Origin: Bacteroidales bacterium
GTDB lineage: Bacteria > Bacteroidota > Bacteroidia > Bacteroidales > UBA932
Direction: 5' to 3'
Length of the DNA: 64,000 nucleotides
Assembly (NCBI GenBank): GCA_017961175.1
Contig: JAGCXV010000003.1
Location: 16,387-80,386, forward strand
Part shown: positions 18,677 through 26,586 of the stretch, one piece after another
How the letters are laid out: each line of letters begins with the position of its first letter
How positions within the stretch are numbered: position 1 is the first letter of the stretch
Made by a program: the position numbers and the translations under genes
Notes under the pieces: model-generated
Seen by the model: the letters and a program-made list of their open reading frames with translations, nothing else
Databases searched by the model: none
What the model was told of the DNA's origin: nothing

Positions 18677-21600
18677 ATGAAGTCTATAAAGAAAGTCCTC
18701 ATACTGGGTTCCGGCGCACTTAAAATCGGTGAAGCCGGAGAATTCGACTACTCAGGTTCCCAGGCTCTCAAGGCGATGAAGGAAGAGCACATAAAGACAG
18801 TGCTCATCAACCCGAATATCGCCACCGTGCAGACATCAGAAGGCATCGCGGACAAAATATACTTCTTGCCGGTTACTCCATATTTTGTGGAGAAGGTCAT
18901 TCAGAAAGAGAAGCCGCAGGGCATCCTGCTGTCTTTCGGAGGCCAGACCGCTCTTAACTGCGGAGTCGAGCTCTATCGCCAGGGAATACTGGAAAAATAC
19001 AAGGTACAGGTGCTTGGAACCCCTATCCAAGCCATAATGGACACCGAGGACAGGGAACTGTTCGTAAAGAAACTGGACGAGATTTCCGTCAAAACCATAA
19101 AGAGCCACGCCGTTGAAAATACGGAAGATGCCCTCAAGGCTGCCAACCAGCTGGGCTATCCGGTGATCGTGCGCGCGGCATATGCGCTTGGAGGGCTTGG
19201 CAGCGGATTCTGCAGCAACGATTCGGAGCTCAGGAAACTTACCGCAAAGGCCTTTACCTTCTCGCCTCAGGTGCTGGTGGAAAAATCCCTTAAGGGCTGG
19301 AAAGAAATAGAATACGAGGTGGTCAGAGACCGCTTCGACAACTGCATCACCGTCTGCAACATGGAGAACTTCGACCCTCTGGGAATCCATACCGGAGAGA
19401 GCATCGTTGTGGCTCCAAGCCAGACACTTACAAATCACGAATACTTCCTCCTAAGGGAGCTTTCAATAAAGATAGTAAGGCATATAGGAATAGTTGGAGA
19501 ATGCAACGTGCAGTATGCCTTTGACCCTGAAAGTGAAGACTACAGGGTAATCGAGGTAAACGCCCGCCTCAGCCGTTCTTCCGCCCTGGCATCCAAGGCC
19601 ACCGGCTATCCTCTGGCATTCGTTGCCGCCAAGCTCGGACTGGGCTACGGCCTGTTCGACCTGAAGAATTCCGTAACCAAGACCACACCGGCTTTCTTTG
19701 AGCCTGCACTGGACTATATCGTCTGCAAGATTCCGCGCTGGGACCTGAGCAAGTTCCACGGGGTCAGCCGCCTGATTGGCAGCAGCATGAAGAGCGTGGG
19801 AGAAGTGATGGCTATCGGAAGAAGCTTTGAGGAGGTAATCCAGAAAGGCCTCAGGATGATCGGCCGCGGAGCCCACGGTTTCGTAGGCAACAAGGAGATG
19901 AAGGTGGACGATATAGAGAAGGAGCTCAAGGAACCTACAGACAGCCGTATCTTTGTCATAGCCAAGGCTTTTGAAGCAGGCTACACCGTAGACAAGATCC
20001 ACGATGCAACCAAGATAGACAAGTGGTTCCTGCAGAAACTCTACAACATCCATCTTATCGGAAAGGAACTCTCCCGTCTCAAAGACCTCAGGGATATAGA
20101 CTCCGAGACAATGAAGCGGGCTAAGGCCAGCGGCTTCTCGGATTTCCAGATCGGAAGGCTGGTGCTCAAGGGCAAGACGGACCCGGACAGCTATGCAATC
20201 AAGGTCCGCGAGTACAGGAAGTCCCTTGGCATCCTCCCTGTAGTCAAGCAGATAGACACACTGGCGGCAGAATTCCCGGCAAAGACCAACTACCTCTATC
20301 TCACCTACAACGGAACCGCCAACGACATTAACTACGAGAAAGACCACAAGTCCATAATAGTTCTGGGAAGCGGCGCCTACCGCATCGGAAGCTCGGTGGA
20401 GTTTGACTGGTGCAGCGTAAACTGCCTTGCCACCCTGCGCAAATGCGGCTGGAGGGGAGTCATGATAAACTATAACCCTGAAACCGTTTCCACAGATTAC
20501 GATATGTGCGACCGCCTCTATTTTGACGAGCTCACATACGAGAGGGTTATGGACATATTCGAGATGGAATCTCCTTACGGAGTTGTGGTAAGCGTTGGAG
20601 GCCAGATTCCTAACAACCTGGCAATGAGGCTCAACGATGCCAATGTAAGGATTCTGGGAACCTCCGCCCTGTCCATAGACAACGCTGAAGACCGCCACAA
20701 GTTCTCCGCGATGCTGGACCGTCTGGGAATCAACCAGCCGCGCTGGAGCGAGCTTACCACCCTGGACGACATCCACGCCTTTGTGGACAAGGTTGGCTAT
20801 CCGGTTCTGGTAAGGCCTTCCTACGTCCTCAGCGGCGCCGCAATGAACGTTTGCTCCAACAACCACGAGCTCAAGCAGTTCCTGCAGCTTGCCGCAGACG
20901 TTTCCAAGAAGCATCCGGTTGTTGTAAGTGAATTTATCCAGCACGCAAAGGAGATAGAATTTGACGCCGTAGCCAAGGACGGAGAGATTGTAGCCTACGC
21001 CATCAGCGAGCATATAGAATTTGCCGGAGTCCACTCCGGGGACGCTACAATCCAGTTCCCTCCGCAGAAACTCTACGTGGAGACCGTAAGAAGACTGAAG
21101 AAAATCTCCAGGACCATTGCCAGAGAGCTCAAGATCAGCGGCCCGTTCAACATCCAGTTCATGGCAAAGGACAATGACATACTTGTGATCGAGTGCAACC
21201 TGAGGGCTTCCAGAAGCTTCCCGTTTGTCAGCAAGGTGCTGAAGATTAACTTCATAGAACTTGCCACAAAGGTTATGGCAGGAGAGAAGTTCAAGACCCC
21301 TGACAAGAGCGCGTTCGACCTGGACTACGTGGGAATCAAGGCCCCTCAGTTCTCGTTCTCAAGGCTGCTGAAGGCAGACCCTGTCCTGGGTGTGGATATG
21401 GCTTCAACCGGAGAGGTCGGATGCATCGGTGACGACACTTCCGAAACAGTGCTGAAGTCTATGCTCAGCGTGGGATACATCATCCCTTCAAAGGGCATCC
21501 TGCTTTCCACCGGAGACGGTAAGGAAAAGGCGGAAATGCTGGAAGCCTGCCAGAAACTCAGCCGCAAGGGATATAAGCTCTACGCTACCGGCGGAACTTA

Positions 21601-21892
21601 CAGATATCTTAAAGACAACAACATACAGACAACTCTGGTTTACTGGCCAAGCGAGAAGGGAAAGACTCCGCAGGCTATGGACCTTATACGCCAGAAGAAG
21701 ATAGATATGGTGGTCAACATCCCTAAGAACCTGACCAAGACAGAGCTCGACAACGGCTACAAGGTCCGCCGGGCCGCAGTTGACTTCAATATCCAGCTTC
21801 TGACCAACACCCGCCTTGCAAGCGCTTTCATCAACGCTTTCTGCAACCTGGACATTGACCAGGTCCAGATAAAGAGCTGGGATGAGTATTAA
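18677..21892 (+). CDS. carB: Carbamoyl-phosphate synthase large subunit
   Basis: 1071 aa. Duplicated ATP-grasp halves plus a C-terminal MGS-like domain. The start abuts the carA stop. Confidence 0.95.
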   Translation: MKSIKKVLILGSGALKIGEAGEFDYSGSQALKAMKEEHIKTVLINPNIATVQTSEGIADKIYFLPVTPYFVEKVIQKEKPQGILLSFGGQTALNCGVELYRQGILEKYKVQVLGTPIQAIMDTEDRELFVKKLDEISVKTIKSHAVENTEDALKAANQLGYPVIVRAAYALGGLGSGFCSNDSELRKLTAKAFTFSPQVLVEKSLKGWKEIEYEVVRDRFDNCITVCNMENFDPLGIHTGESIVVAPSQTLTNHEYFLLRELSIKIVRHIGIVGECNVQYAFDPESEDYRVIEVNARLSRSSALASKATGYPLAFVAAKLGLGYGLFDLKNSVTKTTPAFFEPALDYIVCKIPRWDLSKFHGVSRLIGSSMKSVGEVMAIGRSFEEVIQKGLRMIGRGAHGFVGNKEMKVDDIEKELKEPTDSRIFVIAKAFEAGYTVDKIHDATKIDKWFLQKLYNIHLIGKELSRLKDLRDIDSETMKRAKASGFSDFQIGRLVLKGKTDPDSYAIKVREYRKSLGILPVVKQIDTLAAEFPAKTNYLYLTYNGTANDINYEKDHKSIIVLGSGAYRIGSSVEFDWCSVNCLATLRKCGWRGVMINYNPETVSTDYDMCDRLYFDELTYERVMDIFEMESPYGVVVSVGGQIPNNLAMRLNDANVRILGTSALSIDNAEDRHKFSAMLDRLGINQPRWSELTTLDDIHAFVDKVGYPVLVRPSYVLSGAAMNVCSNNHELKQFLQLAADVSKKHPVVVSEFIQHAKEIEFDAVAKDGEIVAYAISEHIEFAGVHSGDATIQFPPQKLYVETVRRLKKISRTIARELKISGPFNIQFMAKDNDILVIECNLRASRSFPFVSKVLKINFIELATKVMAGEKFKTPDKSAFDLDYVGIKAPQFSFSRLLKADPVLGVDMASTGEVGCIGDDTSETVLKSMLSVGYIIPSKGILLSTGDGKEKAEMLEACQKLSRKGYKLYATGGTYRYLKDNNIQTTLVYWPSEKGKTPQAMDLIRQKKIDMVVNIPKNLTKTELDNGYKVRRAAVDFNIQLLTNTRLASAFINAFCNLDIDQVQIKSWDEY

Positions 21893-21910
21893 ACCGAAAA
21901 ACAAGAGATT

Positions 21911-22915
21911 ATGACAACTACAATTCTTCTGATCATTCTAGGCCTGGCGATGATAATCATAGGAGCCCACTTCCTTGTAACAGGTTCCTCAAGGATAGCC
22001 AGCCGTTTCGGAATCTCGGACATTATTATAGGTATGACCATCGTTGCAATCGGCACCAGCGCGCCGGAAATGGTGGTCTCCTTTATGGGAGCCATGAAGG
22101 GCAGCGTCGGACTTTCCGTCGGTAACATCCTGGGATCCAACATCTGCAACATATTGCTCATCATAGGATTGAGTTCCATAATCTACCCTATGACAGTATC
22201 AAGGATTAACGTGAACAGGGACATGCAGTTCATGCTTCTGTCTACAGTCGTGCTGATTCTCGTTTCCCTTGACGCCCAGATAGAAACCCTGACCATAGAC
22301 GACCAGATGACAGGAAACGTAATCTCCAGGACAGAGGGAATCATTCTCCTGCTGTTCTTCCTGGTGTTTATGTTCTACTCCTTCGCCAGCGCAAAAAGGC
22401 ACGAAGAGGCAACCAAAGAGTCAGAAGAGAAAAAAGAGAAAGAAGAGGAAAAGCCGGTTGTCAAGAAGAATTTCCTCCTCTCCCTTGTCATGTTCCTGGG
22501 AGGTCTCGCAGTCCTTATCTGGGGCGGTAACATACTGGTAGACAACGCAACAATACTTGCCAGGGCAAAGGGCGTCTCCGATACCCTCATTGGAGCAACC
22601 ATAGTCGCTATAGGAACCAGCCTTCCTGAACTTGCCGCCAGCGTTATGGCCGCCTGCCAGAAGAAGGTCGGAATCGCGATAGGAAACGTTATCGGATCAA
22701 ATATATTCAACGTCTTCCTGATTCTCGGAGGCTGCGCCACTGTTACCCAGCTGCCGCTGGCCACCGTAAACCACGTTCACTTCATCTTCCTGCTCCTGGC
22801 TACCCTGCTGTTCCTTGTATCGGCGAGGACAAGCTTCAAGATCAGGAGAATAGAAGGATTGATGCTGTTTGTGCTCTACATTCTCTACATAATTGTGACC
22901 ATTTCTTTGGCATAA
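21911..22915 (+). CDS. Ca2+/Na+ antiporter (YrbG/CaCA family)
   Basis: 334 aa. Two alpha-repeat motifs, GNILGSNICNILLIIG and GNVIGSNIFNVFLILG, are separated by a charged loop. Confidence 0.8.
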   Translation: MTTTILLIILGLAMIIIGAHFLVTGSSRIASRFGISDIIIGMTIVAIGTSAPEMVVSFMGAMKGSVGLSVGNILGSNICNILLIIGLSSIIYPMTVSRINVNRDMQFMLLSTVVLILVSLDAQIETLTIDDQMTGNVISRTEGIILLLFFLVFMFYSFASAKRHEEATKESEEKKEKEEEKPVVKKNFLLSLVMFLGGLAVLIWGGNILVDNATILARAKGVSDTLIGATIVAIGTSLPELAASVMAACQKKVGIAIGNVIGSNIFNVFLILGGCATVTQLPLATVNHVHFIFLLLATLLFLVSARTSFKIRRIEGLMLFVLYILYIIVTISLA

Positions 22916-22940
22916 GAGTCCAACAAGACAGCTTTTATGC

Positions 22941-22948
22941 TATATTTG
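22941..22948 (+). promoter_or_regulatory. -7 promoter box TATATTTG upstream of the MarR/Hdr-like operon
   Basis: Exact TAnnTTTG match 47 nt before the ATG at 22996. No good TTTG -33 element at canonical spacing. Confidence 0.35.
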
Positions 22949-22977
22949 TAATCGATTTATAAAGTAAAACCTCTTAC

Positions 22978-22996
22978 TATAATATTTCGTATTATA
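22978..22996. promoter_or_regulatory. 7-bp inverted repeat TATAATA-N5-TATTATA overlapping the MarR start codon (candidate operator)
   Basis: Read directly. It is AT-rich, so it could arise by chance. Confidence 0.2.
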
Positions 22997-23481
22997 TGAT
23001 ACTTAGTAAACAAATCGGGTTTTTCCTTAATCTTGTCCATAACAGGTTCAAGCAGTATGTTGCGGGGATTTTTGAAGAACATGGTTTCAACATCACTCCG
23101 GAGCAATTCCTGGTTATGGACGCACTCTGGGACGAAGGCGTCCTCACCCAGCAGCAGATTGCAGACTATCTGCTAAAAGACAAGAATTCCGTTGTTAAGC
23201 TCGTGGACGGGCTGGAAGACAGGAAACTGGTTCGCAGGACAAGCAACCCTAAAGACCGCCGGCAGAATCTCATTGAGGTAACTGATTATGCATTAAGCAT
23301 AAAAGATAAAGTTACCAAGGTCGCGATGGATGCGGTAGACAAGATCGTCAATGGCATACCAAAGGAAGATATGATGGCGTACATCCGGGTTCTGAGCAAG
23401 ATGGCGGAGAACATGAACAACGACATAGACCTCATGGCCCTTGCCGCAAAGTACCCTACCAACAATAAAGTAAAGGCATAG
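22996..23481 (+). CDS. MarR-family transcriptional regulator
   Basis: 161 aa winged-HTH with the typical ...DRRQNLIEVT... wing region. The stop abuts the next start. Confidence 0.8.
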   Translation: MILSKQIGFFLNLVHNRFKQYVAGIFEEHGFNITPEQFLVMDALWDEGVLTQQQIADYLLKDKNSVVKLVDGLEDRKLVRRTSNPKDRRQNLIEVTDYALSIKDKVTKVAMDAVDKIVNGIPKEDMMAYIRVLSKMAENMNNDIDLMALAAKYPTNNKVKA

Positions 23482-24177
23482 ATGGGAAAGCTATACGACA
23501 GACTGATGAAGGATTACAGACTCCGGGAGGGTCTGAATGCCTGTATAAACTGCGGTACCTGCACTGCCATCTGTCCGGCTGCAGAGTTCTACCGCTACGA
23601 TCCTAGACGAATCGTCGATATCGTTCAGCATCAGGACGATGAACAGATTGAAGAACTGCTCAAGAGCAATACTATCTGGTACTGTGGAGAGTGCATGAGT
23701 TGCGTTACCCGCTGCCCGAGAAGGAATGCTGCCGGATTGGTGATAATGGCTCTGAGAAACTTAGCTATAGAAACGGGCCTGTTCATGGAATCCGAGAAAG
23801 GCCGGCAAATGTATCTTCTTTGCAAAGATCTCAACCACAATGTGCTGAACTATGGTTACTGTGTCTACCCAAGGCTTTTCGGCTACAAGGAGCACCAGGA
23901 AGCCGGCTTGGTATGGGAATGGGTTCATGATAACATCGACGATGTATTTGACCGTCTCGGTGCCAACCTGGACAAGGACGGCCCTGGGGCAATGAGAAAG
24001 ATTCCTCAGAAAGATCTGGATGAGCTGAAGAGGATTTACGATATCACCGGTGCGACCGAGAGGCTGGAGCACGTACGCCAGGCAGGCTTGAAAAAGGCGG
24101 AAGAGCTGGGGCTTACTGAAGAAGAGTATTGCCAGAAGCTATACACCGAGTGCAGTCCTAAACATTTCAACCACTAG
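23482..24177 (+). CDS. HdrC-like 2x[4Fe-4S] protein
   Basis: 231 aa with CINCGTCTAICP and CGECMSCVTRCP motifs. Confidence 0.7.
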   Translation: MGKLYDRLMKDYRLREGLNACINCGTCTAICPAAEFYRYDPRRIVDIVQHQDDEQIEELLKSNTIWYCGECMSCVTRCPRRNAAGLVIMALRNLAIETGLFMESEKGRQMYLLCKDLNHNVLNYGYCVYPRLFGYKEHQEAGLVWEWVHDNIDDVFDRLGANLDKDGPGAMRKIPQKDLDELKRIYDITGATERLEHVRQAGLKKAEELGLTEEEYCQKLYTECSPKHFNH

Positions 24178-24180
24178 AAG

Positions 24181-25245
24181 ATGATTTACGAAGGAAAAAA
24201 GAAAATCTGGGCCGAATACCAGAAAGAGATACCGGAAGACCATTATTTCTATGTAAGGAGCTGTATCAGGCAGTCTTTCTTCCCCGCTTCCGAAGCAACT
24301 TTCCTGGACATAACCAGAAACAAACTGGGAAAGGATATATTCGAGACGGAGCACCACACCACTTGCGGAGGCATTGCTTACCACTCTGACACCATTCCGC
24401 AGGAAACCGTCATGACCATAATAGCCAGGCAGTTTGCCCTGATGCATAAATATGGCTATGAGAACTATGTATGCTCCTGCATCACATCCTTCGGCCTTTA
24501 CTGCGAGACTATGGAGACCTGGAGGGAATTCCCTGAACTTCAGCAGAAGATTGCCGAGAACCTATGGAAAACCTGCCACCTGGAATTTGCAAAGCCGAAG
24601 TTCCTGGTTCACGCCAGCGACCTTGTTTTCAAATACAGGATGCAGATCGCGGCAAAGAGCAAATTTAAGCTGGTGAACAAGAATACCGGAGAACCTCTCA
24701 GGGTTGTGGAGCATATAGGTTGCCACTATTCCAAGATGTTCCCTTCCAAAGGTGTGGGAGGAGCCGAATACCCTTATGTCCTGGTGGGAATGATTGAGGC
24801 CTGGGGAGGTCAGATCGTTGATTATCCGGAAAGGAGGCATTGCTGCGGATTCGGTTTCAGGCAGTATCTGATAAAAAGCAACAGAGGCTATTCGCTTTCC
24901 AACACCCACAAGAAATTCGAAAGTATGGAGCCGTTCAAACCGGACATGATAATCACAAACTGCCCCGGATGCCCTTATTTCCTGGACAGATGGCAGTATG
25001 TCATCGCCGAGACAGAAGGCAAGACCTACGGAGAAAACGGCCATGGAATACCGGTGTTCACCTATGAGGAAGTTGCCGGTCTTGTAATGGGTTACGACCC
25101 TTGGGACCTGGGTCTCCAGACACATCAGGTAAGCGTGGAACCGCTGTTAGACAAAATCGGAATACCATATGATCCAGCAAAGAAATATCTGGGCAAGAAC
25201 GGGAAATATCTCGGCGAGCCCCAAAAACCACAATGTCTGAAGTAA
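24181..25245 (+). CDS. HdrB-like CCG-domain protein
   Basis: 354 aa. C-terminal CCG signature RHCCGFG ... TNCPGCP. The N-terminal copy is degenerate (TTCGG). Confidence 0.7.
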   Translation: MIYEGKKKIWAEYQKEIPEDHYFYVRSCIRQSFFPASEATFLDITRNKLGKDIFETEHHTTCGGIAYHSDTIPQETVMTIIARQFALMHKYGYENYVCSCITSFGLYCETMETWREFPELQQKIAENLWKTCHLEFAKPKFLVHASDLVFKYRMQIAAKSKFKLVNKNTGEPLRVVEHIGCHYSKMFPSKGVGGAEYPYVLVGMIEAWGGQIVDYPERRHCCGFGFRQYLIKSNRGYSLSNTHKKFESMEPFKPDMIITNCPGCPYFLDRWQYVIAETEGKTYGENGHGIPVFTYEEVAGLVMGYDPWDLGLQTHQVSVEPLLDKIGIPYDPAKKYLGKNGKYLGEPQKPQCLK

Positions 25246-25249
25246 AGTT

Positions 25250-26263
25250 ATGAAAAACAACATATTGGTCATAGGAGGCGGACCTGCCGGACTGGAAGCC
25301 TCCGCAGTTTTGTCCCGGATGGGATACAATGTGATTCTGGCAGAAAAGGAAAAACGTCTGGGTGGACACCTTGCCAAATGGGACCGCCTGTTCCCGGACC
25401 AGACTCCGGCAAAGGAAGTTCTGGACGGCCTGCTGGACGGAATCAAGGATGTAAAATGCTTCACCGAGACAGACGTGAACTCCATAAACCTTTTGGATCG
25501 TTCCTTTAACGCCATGCTTTCCAACGGAATAACCATTCTGGCTGATGCAGTGCTTCTGGCTAGCGGATTCGATATGTTCAAAGCGGAAAAGAAGGAAGAA
25601 TACGGCTACGGCATATATGAAGGAGTTATGACCAACGCGGATATGGAGCAAGCTTTCAGGGAAGGCAAGACCTTCTCCCCTGCCCCGAAGGCCATAGGAT
25701 TCGTTCACTGCGTGGGGTCCCGAGACGAGAAAGCCGGCAACCCGGCCTGCTCAAAGGTATGCTGCGCAACGGCTGTAAAACAGGCGATTGAGGCCAAGGA
25801 GCTTTATCCTGATGCCAATGTTTACTGCTTCTATATGGACTTGAGAATGTTCGGCCGCCATTACGAGGACCTTTACCTCAGGGCACAGAAATCCGGCATA
25901 AGGTTCATAAGGGGAAGGGTAAGCGAGGTTTCCGAGACTGCGGAAGGAAGGCTGCTTATAAAAGCGGAAGACACTCTCTCCAGCAGACCGGTTAAAGTAA
26001 CGCTGGACCGCCTGGTTCTGATGGCAGGAATGAGGCCTTCAGAGGCTGGCCACAAAGTGGGCAGACAGCTGAATCTCAGTGTAGAAGAAGACGGATTCTT
26101 CTCTGCAAGGGACGGATTCCTCTCCCTCCAGAAAAGCAAGCTTCCGGGCCTGTTCTATGCTGGAGCCTGCACCGGACCGAAGACTCTCCCGGACACTCTC
26201 CACGAGGCTCGCAGCGCCGCTATGGAAATAGACCGTTACATTAAAGAAAACTTCAGGAAATGA
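25250..26263 (+). CDS. Short HdrA/QmoA-like FAD-dependent FeS flavoprotein
   Basis: 337 aa. VIGGGPAGLEAS dinucleotide fold and the HdrA-type CVGSRDEKAGNPACSKVCC motif. No ferredoxin insert domains. Confidence 0.7.
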   Translation: MKNNILVIGGGPAGLEASAVLSRMGYNVILAEKEKRLGGHLAKWDRLFPDQTPAKEVLDGLLDGIKDVKCFTETDVNSINLLDRSFNAMLSNGITILADAVLLASGFDMFKAEKKEEYGYGIYEGVMTNADMEQAFREGKTFSPAPKAIGFVHCVGSRDEKAGNPACSKVCCATAVKQAIEAKELYPDANVYCFYMDLRMFGRHYEDLYLRAQKSGIRFIRGRVSEVSETAEGRLLIKAEDTLSSRPVKVTLDRLVLMAGMRPSEAGHKVGRQLNLSVEEDGFFSARDGFLSLQKSKLPGLFYAGACTGPKTLPDTLHEARSAAMEIDRYIKENFRK

Positions 26264-26586
26264 TAGACTTCGGCTTTGGCGTCAGTCCAAGTTCGAGGAT
26301 CAACCTCGACAAGGCAGACAAGGAGAAATTCAATGAGCTGGCCATCGCTGAGCCCGATGTAGCCAAGTGCATGGCCTGCGGGAGCTGCTCTGCAAGCTGC
26401 ACGGCCGCCGCATTTGAAGACACAAGTCTCAGGAGAGCTATCCTTTCTCTTCAGAACGGCCTCTGCGATGATGCATCCAAATTACTGAGCCACTGTATGT
26501 TGTGCGGAAAATGCACTATGGTCTGCCCTAGGGGCATAAATACGCGCCACCTCATATTGTCAATCCAAAAAATCTACTCTCTATGA
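26260..26586 (+). CDS. Small ferredoxin-like protein (two Cys clusters)
   Basis: 108 aa with CMACGSCSASC and CMLCGKCTMVCP. ATGA overlaps with both neighbours. Confidence 0.65.
   Translation: MIDFGFGVSPSSRINLDKADKEKFNELAIAEPDVAKCMACGSCSASCTAAAFEDTSLRRAILSLQNGLCDDASKLLSHCMLCGKCTMVCPRGINTRHLILSIQKIYSL

Noticed and set aside
19463-21034. 523-aa ORF on the minus strand inside carB. Similar long antisense ORFs occur at 3456-4451, 6978-8255, 15998-16600 and 51294-51926, among others.
   Set aside because: These are shadow ORFs opposite strongly recognisable genes. Their translations are low-complexity or motif-free, and the sense-strand genes have clear family signatures.
26260-26263. Possible recoding or read-through joining the HdrA-like ORF to the ferredoxin ORF.
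   Set aside because: The two ORFs are in different frames with a standard ATGA stop/start overlap, which indicates translational coupling. An undetected indel cannot be excluded without resequencing.
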